A stretch of DNA of 62,084 nucleotides, counting the filler, from Choristocarpus tenellus KU-1152 (Eukaryota; Protista; Phaeophyceae): the NCBI GenBank assembly GCA_964200185.2. It is 15 parts of 15 records of this genome, joined end to end, with 100 filler letters (N's around TTAATTAATTAA, not from the genome) between each part and the next. Parts side by side here need not be neighbours in the genome. Positions count along the whole stretch, not along the records: positions 10,433 to 13,610 come from CAXNAD020021749.1; positions 13,711 to 16,601 come from CAXNAD020023881.1; positions 16,702 to 26,777 come from CAXNAD020003169.1; 12 more parts are not named here. The stretch is one strand, 5' to 3'. Made by a program: the position numbers and the translations under genes. Below the pieces are notes generated by a model. It saw nothing but the letters and a program-made list of their open reading frames with translations, had not been told where the DNA came from and made no database searches. Positions 13,136 through 25,639 of this stretch are shown in pieces (positions within the stretch are counted from its first letter, which is position 1; the number at the start of each line of letters is the position of its first letter).

Positions 13136-13497
13136 CTACAACATGGGACAACACCACAATAATCAAAGAGACCTAGTTTGTTTTCCGTGCCCACGATGAT
13201 ACCCAACTACGACAAGCACGCATATCACACGTTGTCATATTTGAATTGCCCTTTTTCAAGCTGTTGTATGTCAACGCATGGACAATGCCTCGTGTGTCAA
13301 TAGGAAGTGCTCAAAGGGGGTCATGTCTGCGATGATCCCTTCAACGTACCACTTTTTGTATCACCTACTAAGAAAGTGACAGGTTTAGGGTACACCCCTG
13401 ACAGTGATCGGGGTTACTGCAGTGATAGGGTTATCACAACAGTTCCTCCCCACCTACTTCTTCACGAACGATTTCAAAACTCTGGGTAGTTTCGCGC

Positions 13498-13548
<51 letters not shown>

Positions 13549-14199
13549 CCTCCTTTTCTTCCTCTCCCCACCCCCACCAACAACCAACTTTTTTTCTTTT
13601 TTTTTTTTTTNNNNNNNNNNNNNNNNNNNNNNNNNNNNNNNNNNNNNNNNNNNNTTAATTAATTAANNNNNNNNNNNNNNNNNNNNNNNNNNNNNNNNNN
13701 NNNNNNNNNNGAATAAAGCTTTTCATGTCACCAAACACAGGGTAAAAAACGGACGCCGGCACCCCCCCCCCCCAGATACTTTGACCCACACACCAGAAAC
13801 ACTTGTGTTGGTTGGTTGGCCCTGTGTTCAATCCCCCAACTGTGGATCCCAAACTTCTTGAGGTCATCTTGCAGGTACTTCCACCAGTCTTTTCACCTGT
13901 CCATGTTACTGCTGTTTTCATCTGCAAGCTCCCCTAGCACCAACACCTTGGGAAGTCGCTCATCTTCCATGCATGCAACTGACTCCGCGGATAGGAGTCT
14001 CCGTTTTTGCGCTCACCTCGTTAACCTACACCAAGTCTTCACAAGGGCATTTTTTTGGGACAGGGTGTGATTGGTGGGTTGGGTTGGTGGGTTTCTGTTT
14101 GGAAAACCGATGCAATATGGGAGGAATTGATGTTTATAGTGAACCTTCGTGTTGTGGACTCAATGGAATGTTGATGCCATTCAACTATAAAATAGAACC

Positions 14200-16270
14200 T
14201 CAAGTACACCAACCCTGAGCTTTCAGATTTTAAGCTCAAGCAATACACCTGAGGTCCGGCCTTAGAGGAAATTGACTGTATTCTTGGAAACAATTCCGCA
14301 TTTTTTTTACCCTTCAGCTGATCTCGGCATTGATGATAGCAGCTTCATGCCTGATGGTGTCCCCAAGGTCAACAAACTTGTCAGTCTGATTGTAGTTTTG
14401 GACCAGCGCCTGAATCTGCACGATGTCTGTAGCCTTTCTTGAGAGGCCTTACGCATCTTTGTTTCCGTCTTAAACTTCGATATTGTCAGCTCAAGGACCT
14501 GGCCACCTTCGCAATCATCATCATAATCCTGGGCAAACCTCCTTCTCAGACACAAGCCCACATTGTCAGCACAAAGCATACCCCACATACAGTCGTTGCT
14601 CAGGTGTTATTCCACTTCCTCTTGCTCCTCCTCCTCCTCTGACATTATTGTTTGTGGTCGCTCTCTTGGTGACAACAAGATTCTTTGAGACTGTCGAGTC
14701 AGGGGCGAAGTCCTTAATTACTATACCTGGCACTGCAGTTAATATGTCAAAGAGAATAAGGACAAGAATTCGCCATTGTCGATGGCCCTGTCCAACTTCA
14801 AACCAATCTGTACACTCTCCATCACCCATGCGAACCCGTGCATGCATTCCTTTAGAGGGATTGGTCAGTGTCGGAAATAGTCTTATCACCCAGGACAGCT
14901 CACGCAAGATTGCAGTCATCAACAAATCAATATCATTTCCTGTAGGTCAATATAACACACGAATAGAGGTAAATTATTTTCCTGGTCAATCACCTGAGTG
15001 AGATTTATCTTAGAGGGTACGAGTTTTGCCGTGTTTATCCGTTTGGGGCTTGGCTTCCCACGTTTTTTTAATGACATTTTCCTACTCCAAAACGTTTCGG
15101 AGTCGGAAAATGTGTACGTTATGAAAAGGTGTGTCTGGAACAAGGATATTGACACTTCCTAGGAAACATGATAGCCAAAATTACATCAAAATCGGAACAT
15201 TGGGTTTTTGCCCCCAAACGGACGCGACTCTACCCTCTAGGATACTATGACTCACCTAGTGGCCATGTATGGTGTGCACCATGTCCATAGTGGAACGTCA
15301 GTGTCAGAACCACCCTGTTCCTCGTGGAGTATATTTTCCCGTTCTAGACATTCTCCCAGCCATTATGCAGCAAACTTGAGAAATACTTTTACCCCTCATA
15401 TGATGCCCCTGTATTTGCCGCTCACTGATTGATCCTTCCTCTTGAGGGGCACGGAGATGAGTGCGTCCTTCCAATACTGCAGCATAATGTCTGGTCCCAC
15501 ACAACCAACACAATCTAGTGGAAACTGTGGAGGATAGCCTCGTTCTCCTTCACGTCAAGTCTCAGGATTTCAGCTCTAGAATATTGTGTGGACCTATCAC
15601 GTTTCCGATTTCCTTTTTTGCCCGAATTGGTTTAGCCAAATCCACCAGCGTTGGTGCATCAGTGAGTACCCTACATGTGGATTGTTGGTCAATGACTTCA
15701 GCACTATGAGGGTTGAAATTGATCGATTTGTCATTGGGAGACACTTTAACGTATCTCCCCCACTGTTCTGTGATGAGTGTTTGCTCTCTCAGTAACCTGC
15801 TGGATTCCTTGAGGATGTGTTGGGAGATGCTCTGTCTGGTTCTCTCTACCTTGAAACCCTTTCAGGTGTCGGTAGAAGCCAACTCGGTCCTCATGGTGGA
15901 CATTTTTTTTCCATCCTTCGGGCTTAGGTGTCAAGAAACTCCTGTGAGGCAGACACCCTTGCCCGTTTGAGCTGCTTGCCAGTTCTCTTCAATGTCTTCT
16001 AAGAAATGGCGTTTTGGGAGTATCTGCATTGATATTTTCATGCCCTTTTCCGATCCTCCTAGGCCTCCGTGAAGTTTGCTTGTGCTTTGTAACTTGCCCA
16101 CCTTCCTCTTGGCAACACTTTCAGTTATGAGGTTAAAGTGCTTCTCAGAGGCAGTTGCCAAAAAAAAGGACTTCTGTGTATGAAGATGCAATGTTGATAT
16201 TGGCAGGTACATTAGCTGTATCTTTGGTGGGCACAGCCACCCCTGGTGTGAGGATTTCTCGACAATATTC
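14200..16270 (-). mobile_element. Degenerate RTE-clade LINE interrupted by a MITE
   Basis: APTLVDLAKPIRA..IGPHNI, YIDLQE, KGMHARVRMGDGECTDWFEVGQGHRQ..LFDI and WGMLCADNVGL, with multiple stops and frameshifts. Confidence 0.85.
14996..15253 (+). mobile_element. MITE family A (~258 bp)
   Basis: TIRs GAGTGAxxxTATCTTAGAGGGTA and TACCCTCTAxGATACTxTGACTC; perfect 4-bp TSD ACCT. Confidence 0.9.
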
Positions 16271-17451
16271 ATCTCAGCATTCCAATCATTTTCGGAAGAA
16301 AAATCAATTGTTTCGACACAGTATTTTTTGCGTTACATTAGAGAGATTTCTAACTACTGGAGTAATTTATTTGTAGAAAGGCGACACCGAGATTTGAGAT
16401 TACTACATATATGTTATTAAGCCCTCTGACATTTTGCAGATGTACCAGGAAAAAACCAAACCGATATCACAAGGACCCCTGTAAAAGTAGTAGTAGTCGT
16501 GAGTCAAAGTATCTGGGGATGGTGGTGGTTTGTGAAGGGGCGTCCGTTTCGGTCAAACAACTCTTTTTTTTTCTGACATTTCAAATCCAACACGTGCGAC
16601 CNNNNNNNNNNNNNNNNNNNNNNNNNNNNNNNNNNNNNNNNNNNNTTAATTAATTAANNNNNNNNNNNNNNNNNNNNNNNNNNNNNNNNNNNNNNNNNNN
16701 NCCCCAAATGGACGCGGCTCTACCCTCTAAGATACTTTGGCTCCATGTATTGCTTGACTTCTGTGTTGGGGAACAACCTCCACCATATTGTGGTGTGCAT
16801 GTCAGCAACAACGCAATAGTTGGTCGACATTGTGTTTAGTGTCAGAATCTAGACCTGGCAGTGAGCATAGCAACAAAACATACCGCTTCAAGTAATGGCA
16901 GGAACCCCAAAAACACCAGATTCCATAGCCAATTAAGTATGGTCTGTATGCAGTAAATTTAAACAGCGTAGGATAAAATCACTTTGTTCTCTAAGTAAAA
17001 AGAGTATCCTAAACTTGCCAAGCTGAAATATAGTAATGGCCACATAATACTAAAAAGAAGTCCTGGAGGCGAAGAGTATTATCAAGACGTTCCCTGAGTA
17101 TTGTACACCTTGAAAACGTAAATGCATTGCAGGGTAGAGCATGCTGATTAGGCCACAGGGGACAACATAATCTTGGTGTCTGTGCTTTCAATGCACGTGC
17201 CAATTGTTCAGCTTCCTAGTTACTACCACCATTACACAACAATACTAAAACGACCTATTTAGGATGATTTTCGACTAAACCACTTGCGACGGAGCTCACT
17301 GGAACCTACAGAAACGTACAGTGCACCTACAAACTCCCTGAGCAACTGAATGGGGCAAACTTCTGTGGGTTGATACCCATACCATACTTGACGAAAATAC
17401 ATGTGACAAGTATGGAAGAATAGTTGCAGTGTGCTGTGCACCTCTACGAAC

Positions 17452-17641
17452 CTCCATCACTACAGTAGTACAATTCACAACGAAATCGATCAACTGCACC
17501 CAACATCTAGCAAGTCGCACCCTCTCATTGGTCTGCCTCTCCAGTTCAGACTCCAGCAACTCGGGAGCCCACTCCCAGCTTCTCCAACATATGTCGATAG
17601 CTGTCCTAAGAGTCTCAACAAATTTATCAGAATGTTTGTTT
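17452..17641 (-). CDS. Probable internal exon of an uncharacterised helical protein
   Basis: gtgtcag|..NKHSDKFVETLRTAIDICWRSWEWAPELLESELERQTNERVRLARCWVQLIDFVVNCTTVVME|gttcgt. Protein-like composition; family not recognised. Confidence 0.4.
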
Positions 17642-18858
17642 CTGACACATAGCAAGCAGGTGCAGTGAGAAAGTAATATTTTGATGGGACTGAAGTGTGT
17701 GGGTGTAGATGTAAGTGTCCCCGTAAGTGGTTGGGTTGGCATTGGGATTGCAAATCAGAGTGAGTGGAGGTCGATTGGTTTGGAAGGTTCCAAAAAGAGA
17801 ATGGGACTTTTGGAGAATTGAAGTGTGGTTCAATAGTTGTAGTGGGGAAAAAATCAAGTCGCCTTAGCACCGAATTTCTTCAGGATATGAAGTTTGCTTG
17901 AGGATAGTGGGGTAAGGAGCGGTAGAGGCCGGAAAATGACTAACTCAACACATCAAGACCCCTCACTCCCTGCACATATCAGGATCATCATTCAACTGCT
18001 CTCTTACCCAAGAGCAATGCAGTAGATTAGCTGCATGTCAACATGCAGTGCGAAGAGGATGGTCCCAGCCCCGGTTTGGTTGTCCTCCTCCAACCCCACC
18101 AGTTGTGGAAGACCTACACTATACTCACAGGTTCATGTCCTTGGCCCACTCTTCACAACGCTCAACTATAGTACCCCACTCTTCCTCATGCATGAGCACT
18201 CTAAGCTGTTACCGGTCCAGGAAGGATGGGGAGGAAGGGAACAGAAAAGATGTAAGGATGATACAAACGGGGGCAGGTTATATTGACAGCATCATGAGTG
18301 GGTCGTTAAAAGAAAAAGAAAGGGAGGTTGACGAAGCAACGATATTTTTATCAATCTGCTGAAACAGCTTGCGTACAGTAAAAGAAGCAAAGTCATTACT
18401 CCAGTGCTCCACCACCGTACATAGTACAGGTATGGTATCCTAAACATTCCTACAGTCTAGCTTCCCTCTCCACCATCTAGAGAGAGTTTACTGTCAGCAA
18501 TTGACAAGGGTAGCAAGGGAAGCACTCACGAGCCACCAAGCGGAGGCATTGTTCATTGTGAAGGAAGGAAATCACTCGAAAAAGTCATATGGGTGCACAT
18601 TGACCCTAAAAGGGAACATTCTCTTCAACAGTGGCAGGATTCAAATTCCTGGATGTTCTTTTTCTGAGGGAGCAAGGTGTCCAAAGCAAGGCCTCTTCCC
18701 TCTATGAATATCGTATGGGCTATTTCTCGTATCATCCCTAATACCATGTCCCCCTAGAGCTCTGCTGCAATGACCCTTCTTGCTCGAACACTACTCTACT
18801 CAAACTATACTTGCTTTACTCATAACCGCAAACCCCAGCTGGTACACACTACTGTTCT

Positions 18859-19803
18859 TGGTCAAAGTATCTGGGGGGGGGGTGCCGGCGTCCGATATTG
18901 ACCGTTTTTTCGATTTTCACTTTTTCGTGTGATTTGGTTGCACGTGTCGGATTTGAAATGTGGGCAAAAAAAGAAGACTGTTGATTAGGCTCCCTTCTGT
19001 CCTTGCATACGCACGAGGAATGGGAATTCATGCAAATAATTATTTGGGAGGAGTTTCGACGTTTTCATGTGTCGGATTTCGAATGTTCTCAAACAGGCTT
19101 ATTGGTTGGTCTATGTTGGTCGTATTGTCAGGATGAGGAATGAAAGATATGTCACTGGTTGTTTCAGGGTTAGTTATTGGTTTGTTTGGTTGCACGAGTG
19201 GGACTTGGTTAGCACAAAAAGAGGGCTGTCGGTTAGGGTGTCTTGTCCCAGTGTTAGCACGAGGAATTGAAAAAAATACCATGAACTGTTTCGAGGTTAG
19301 TTTTTTCGTTTATTTGCTTGCATGATGAGTCGTGTCTGGTATGTACACAAAAAGGACTGTCAGTTAGGGCCTGTTGTCCCGGTTTGTGCACGAGGAACTA
19401 AAAAATATTCCATAGACTGTTTTAAATTTGGTATTTCGTTTATTTGCTTACTTAGTATGTACACAGACAGGGTTGTCGGTCAGGGTGTTAGGGTTAAAGT
19501 TGTTGGCATGGAGGAAGGGAAAAAGGTCAGGTTTTGCTTTCGAGTTAGTGTAGTGTTTCTTTGATATCATGTGTCTACGGATTCTGGATGTGTCCACAAA
19601 GGGTTATTGATCAAGGTCTATCATCGTACGTTTCGCTGGAAGTATCTTATGATATACTTCCCTTGATTCAGGGTTAGGATTAGTGGGTTGAATAAATCCT
19701 GATGAGCTAGGATTGTTTTGGCATAAGTAGGGTCGATGACGGCACTGGTAGGTAATTCAGGTAAGACTCTTATCTATTTTAGGTTGCCATGGGATGCAGA
19801 TGG
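18859..19803 (+). mobile_element. Long (~950 bp) non-coding repeat starting with a family-B TIR; inverted homolog at 48398-49360
   Basis: Colinear similarity over the full length, with internal subrepeats (CACAxAAAG...CTGTCxGTTAGGG...GCACGAGGAA). Confidence 0.85.
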
Positions 19804-21045
19804 ACTCAGTGTAAGTGTTAGGGTAAGGTTATGGTTAGTGTCGGTGTGCGGGGGTTGCGATCCAGGCCATTCGTTGAGTTCATGGCACGTGTTTGGGGTA
19901 GGCTCAGGGTTGGCGTTGTGCTTAGGAGCATCGGGTGTGGACTTCGGGATATGTTCCTCCAAGATTTGAAGGAGTACGAGATTGGTTCTCGTTTGTCCAC
20001 ACTTGGACAAAGCATGAGATGGTGCATAGAGTGTTGAGAAGCAGGGGGTAGCTAGGTAGTAGGGTTAAGGGAATAACTAGCGACTGGTAAGAAAACAACG
20101 TATTCATCGCAGGCCTTGGCGAATTGATTGGAAACTTAGTAGAAAAGATGGAGAAGAGTTGTTTATAAAATGTTTGATATTTTAGTAGTCTGAACCTTGG
20201 ATTGGACACGCTCTGTTAAACAAATCCTCAAGATGAGTATCATATATGATACACTGACACCTCTGACTGGTAGCAATGTATCCGATACCACTGTGTAAAT
20301 GCATAACCCATCGGATGGGAACTGCATGAACATGGTAGTTGGACACCTCTCAAAGATCCACCACTGTAATAATTTTTTCACCTCAACACATTTTCGAAAG
20401 CCTAACCTCAACCCTGACTTTAACCCTAGCTCTAATCCTAATCCTAATCCTAATCCTTGCCTGGATGACAAAAAAAAATCCTAACCTTCATGTGAACAAG
20501 TTGAAAAAGGATTAGTGATAGTTCCCCAAGATGTCTGCTCCCCAGTTCATGCTCCTGGGACTGCAGTTTCGTGTTTCTCCTAGTAGTGGGATGCGGGTGT
20601 GTTAATGTATGCGATGATGCTACACACATGTTTGCACTCTCTGGTATAGAGTCTGGTTACTTTTGAAGGCTTTATGGGTGTACCTCACCATTTCGTTGTC
20701 ACTTGCAATAATACATTGTATGAAGCCTCTATCTCCTCCCAAGCAGATCATTGTATTTCATATGATGCTTATGGTTTGGATACTGATGACACCATGATAC
20801 TGCGGTAGTCTCCAAACTAATGGTCCTATATTGTGGTATATGTTGAAGTAGCAAATTGTGTGATATGATGTTTTGATCACCATTTATTTAGGTGTGATAC
20901 TGGCAGTGTTTGTTTTGTATGCAACTTAATTTTGTTACTGGTGGTGCGGTTGATAATTGCTGTAGTCACCTAGAAATTGTCATTAGAGTGAAGTGTATTG
21001 ATGTGGCAAGGTGTGTGTGGTGGCTTTTCCCCCTTTACTCTATAG

Positions 21046-23556
21046 GTGTAATACCCCCAGAGATTGGGAAGCTGGTGCAAGTCACGGTGTTAAAAATTGA
21101 CAACAACAATTTGAGTGGTGAGTGTGGGCTGTGTGGTAGAAGGCTGTGGCTGCAAGTGACCAATGTGTTCTTATTGATAGCTTGATGTGGGTGTGTGCTG
21201 ATATGTGGCGATTTTACACAAATATTGGCACTTTCTGGAGAGTTATGCGTTATAATCAAGCTTATGTAGGCAGTAGATGTGAACCTGGTCACTTTGATGC
21301 TACTTGCAATGGCATGTGATATGAGGCCTTGATTTCGTTTTTTTGTGTTTATGTTGTCTGTGATTCTTGCGATTTGGTTGCTGATGATGCAGTTGATACT
21401 TCGATAGTGGGCAAACGAGTGAAAGTATCTTAGAGGGTACGAGTTTTTTGCTGTTGGTCTATTTGGGGCTTGACTTCCCACGTTTTTTATAATGACATTT
21501 TCCTACTCCAAAATGTTTCGGAGTAGACCAAATGTATGCGTTAGGAAAAGGTGTGTCCGGAAGAATGATACTTGCACTTCCTAACAAACATGATAGCCAA
21601 AATTACATTAAAATCGCAACATTGAATTTTGGCCCCCAAATGTACGCGGCCCTACCCTCTAAGATACTTTGGGTCAAACTAATGGTGTTAGAGTTTAGTG
21701 TGTGTTGAAGTGCAAAGTGTATCAGATGATATGTTGCTGGTCAACTCTTTAGGTGTAATACCAAAACAGATTGGGAAAATGGAGGAACTGATGGAGCTAG
21801 TGCTTAGCAATAACCAGCTGAGTGGTGAGTAGAGATTGTGTGGCATGAACAATCCTGTGGTATTGAGTGACTGATATGCTGTTGCTGTTGTTCCTAGCTC
21901 AAGGAGGCGTTTGTAGTTATTTGGTGCTGCACAAATATTTTTGTCGGGTAAGGACTTGAGAGTTCTTTGTAGGCAATAAGGGCATACCTGACCACTGTGT
22001 TGTTACATGCAATGGGTTATGGTACAATCCTTCAACTCCTCGAGCAGTTTGTTGCCATTTTAAGTGCAATGCTTGGATTTTTGTATTGATCTTGCAGTTG
22101 ATAATGCCGTGATCACCTACCTATTGATGTTAGAGTGCTGTATATGTTGAACTGGCAAAGTGTGTGATATGGTATTTTCTTGTCAATATCTTAGGTGTAA
22201 TACTAGCAGAGATTGGGAATCTGGAGCAACTGAGGGTGCTAGCGCTCGATAACAACCAGCTGAGTGGTGAGTGAAGTTTGTTTTTGTTTCTCCTAGTTTG
22301 ACGTGGATGGGTGTGGATTTGTGGCGATTAAAAAAAATGTTTGCACTCTCTAGTATGTTGTGACAGCATTTGTAGGCAATGTGTAGGTGTACCTGACCAC
22401 CTGTTGTTTCATGCAACGTTTTTTTTGTGTTATAATGCCTTAATGTGAATCCTTGGTCTTCTCAAGCAGTTTATTTTTATGTGATGCTTGTGATATGGTT
22501 ACTGATGATGCAGTTGATATTGGTGTAGTGACCTAGATGGTCCTTGAATGTAGTATAGGTTGAAGTGGTAAAACGTTCGAGATTATATTTCACTTGTGAA
22601 TTGCTTAGGTGTAATACCCATCGAGATTGGGAAGCTGATGCAACTGACGGAGCTAGTGCTTAGTGACAACCAGCTCAGTGGTGAGAATACACTGTGTGGT
22701 ATGAATGCTGTGACAGTCAGGGGGTTACGTGATGTTGCTCTGAGGTCGGCATGGGCGGGGTAGATAAGTGCCATGTTGTGCAAGTATTTTCAGTCTTGAA
22801 TAGAGTTTTAGATGTTTTTGTAGGCCGAATGGGTGTATCTGATCACTTTGTTGCTACTTGCAATGGTGCTTGGCATGAATCCTAGATCTCCTTCAATTTT
22901 TTTGTGATGATTGAGTTTCAGTTTAGTGTAACAGTTGATATTTCTGTCATTGACTAGAGAATTGTGTTAGAGTGTGGTGTGTGTTGAAGTACAGTGTGTG
23001 TGAGATGAAAATTTGCTAATATCTGTTGAATTAATATGTTTTTTATGGACAGATAGTCCTACATTTGGTTGAGATCCACTTTTTTGGGCGCTTGATAAGA
23101 GGCAATGTCGACTTGTGGATCTGATGTTTGTTTGTCTCATTGTTTTGACAGGTGAGATACCAGAAACCCTTGTACATCACCGAAACTTCGGGATGTTTGT
23201 CCTGGAGATGTCTCCAGATAGATCTCTACCTCGATGGACATCATCTGGGTGTGTTGTTCCACCTTGTGGTTTGTTTCTTGCAATGACTTGTCGTCCGACA
23301 CGGATGTTCCTTATCCGTTTCCCAGATAATAAGGTCTGGTGCATGCTGGCGCTGTTGTTTGTGTTTGGGCATCATATGGCGGATGGGGTGTGTTTCCTCA
23401 GAGCTGAATTACCAGTAAGGCGTTTGTTGGAAATCCTTCACTGCCAACCAGGGTACCAAATATTTTCAAGAAATTTTCGGGTGATTGAATTTGAGGTCGA
23501 ATTGGGAGGTCTTTGCAAATCAGATACTGTGGATTTCGGCGGATTGTATGACGTTG
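21046..23556 (+). CDS. Leucine-rich-repeat protein built from tandem 72-nt phase-1 exons, partial
   Basis: Exons 21046-21117, 21753-21824, 22195-22266 and 22609-22680 are each ag|72 nt|gtgag and encode GVIPxxIGxLxxLxxLxLxxNxLS. A further exon starts at 23152 (GEIPETL..) and a possible one spans ~23402-23556. Confidence 0.88.
21417..21675 (+). mobile_element. MITE family A in an LRR intron
   Basis: Intact TIRs; perfect TSD AAAC. Confidence 0.9.
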
Positions 23557-24404
23557 TAAGTTGTGCCACCAGCATATATATGTATATACCAAATATGTGG
23601 AAGTACTAAGGGCAGTATTTGCTCAGTAGACATTTTATCAATTATTTTCTTTTGGTAATATCGTTCCGCCAATGCTAAAAGTTCTATACTTGGTAGGTAA
23701 CCTTGTTGTTTAGTAACACCATAACCAGGAATTACAGGGGTAGTTATAAAAACGTAGGATAGAAATCGTCCTGTGGTTGTTGCACTGGCACAATTTTCGA
23801 AAGCTCCAATGCACCACTTAAGAATCAACGAAAGTACCTGGAAGCACAGTGGCATTTGCAATGCTGTTCAATGAATCTGAATGTTAATTTTTTTTTGATG
23901 AAGATACGGACACATGGCTTGAGCTGCGACATCATCTTCCTGGGAACACGGTGGCAGCCACCAACTGTTTTAAGCGCATTCAAAATACTGTTGTATGCCG
24001 GAAGAACTTAGAATTTTGATTGAATAAGCTAGAGAAAAGTTTCGATGAATAGAATTTAGCCAAATCGAACTGTTGGCACACGAGGAAATGGGTACAAAAT
24101 GTGCGCAAGTCATCGAGGGGTGCTTGGTGCCGTGAGCCAAAACTCCAAAGACTCCACAAGTCTCAATAGGCAGGTCTGAAGCCATGAATAGTGAAGTATG
24201 TAGTATTGTGGGTAGTGACACCTTGTTTATGATGTATGCGGTTCTTCTGTTGGACATGTTTAGCACCCACACTTTTTATTGTAATGTGATTTTTTTAATA
24301 ACTTAACCTTTAAGTTCTTTAGTTCTTTATCTACTCCAATTATTTGTCGGAGCTGGACCTGATTTGATTGAAGTGTCACGATTTACAACATGATTGAAAC
24401 CCGT

Positions 24405-25395
24405 ACTATGTTCCTTTCACCTGCCCAATCTACACAACATCCCAAGACTTGGACACCATCGTGAGTACCTGGGAACACAGTGGGACCTAAAAAGTCATTT
24501 GGTACATCCAAGGGCAATTCAATTGATAATTTCTACATTGATACTAACACACATCTTGAGCATCCTGATTAGATATTGGGAACGCCGTGGCAGTTACGGT
24601 GTTGTTCAATACACCCACAGTCGTATTATTGTTTTCCCTCCATAATTTGCACGAAGTTGTCAGCACACAAGTTAGCACCAACACCAGCACTTTTGAACGC
24701 ATTGGCAATTTCAAAGTTGTTTTATACGAAAAAAACGAAAATCGCGTTGTTGCTGGTGCACTTGCACAATTTTCGAAAATATACCAGGTCTTCAGCACCT
24801 GGGGTTACAGTGAAAGAAAGCTGTCCAATACATCCAAGAACGTTCTGGTTTTGTTCCAACTGGACATGATACACAATGATAATACCAACATGATTTGAGC
24901 GCCATCATCAGCACCAGGGCACAAAGTGACTCGTTGTGTACACCCCAAACTCTTATATGGTTGATACACTGCACAATTTGTATGAACATACGACCACACA
25001 ACTTGAGCACCAACAACATCAGCTCTTAGAAATAGTGTCGCAGAAAAAAACGCTTGGATACATTCGAAACTGTATTAGGATTGTTTAACCTGGACATTTT
25101 CCACGAATATTACAAAACACAAAATGAGCACCAACATCAGCAACTGGGAACACTGCAGCCGCTATTAACTTGCTAAATATATCCGAAATCATCCTCTGTT
25201 TATGTTATCCTGTAAGATTTGCAAAACGTTACGCACGACTTGAGCACGAATATAGTCACCTGTGCACAAAGTGGCTCGAGGTGCCGTTATATTATACACA
25301 AACCACACTATGATTGTTCCACCTGCCCCTTATATACAAAGTTATCCACACAGGACTTGAGCGCCACCATCAGCCCTTGAACACAGTGGCAGCTA
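24405..25395. repeat. Highly diverged tandem array, period ~110-120 bp, ~9 units
   Basis: Core CACxACTTGAGCACCAxCATCAGCAxCTGGGxACAxAGTGGC recurs near 24445, 24550, 24666, 24783, 24888, 24997, 25117, 25234 and 25349, with an outlier at 23911. Confidence 0.7.
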
Positions 25396-25639
25396 CAAAA
25401 TGGTACAGTATCTCCAACGATGTGTTGGCCTGTTGATGTGCCCAATTTTTGGAGAGGTAAAACATGACTTGATCGCCTCCGTTCCATAAGTCTGTGCCGC
25501 TATATTCACAACTTTTGAAGATTATGAAATTCATTTCTGAAAGAAGATTTGGAAACCTTGACGAATTTCTGGTTCGACCCTTTTTGTTATTATTACTCCC
25601 CATCCATCACAATTTCATCACCCACAGAAAAAGCCTCCA

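Noticed and set aside
24405-25395. CRISPR-like repeat/spacer appearance
   Set aside because: The repeats are too divergent, the spacers are homologous to each other, there are no cas genes, and the context is eukaryotic.
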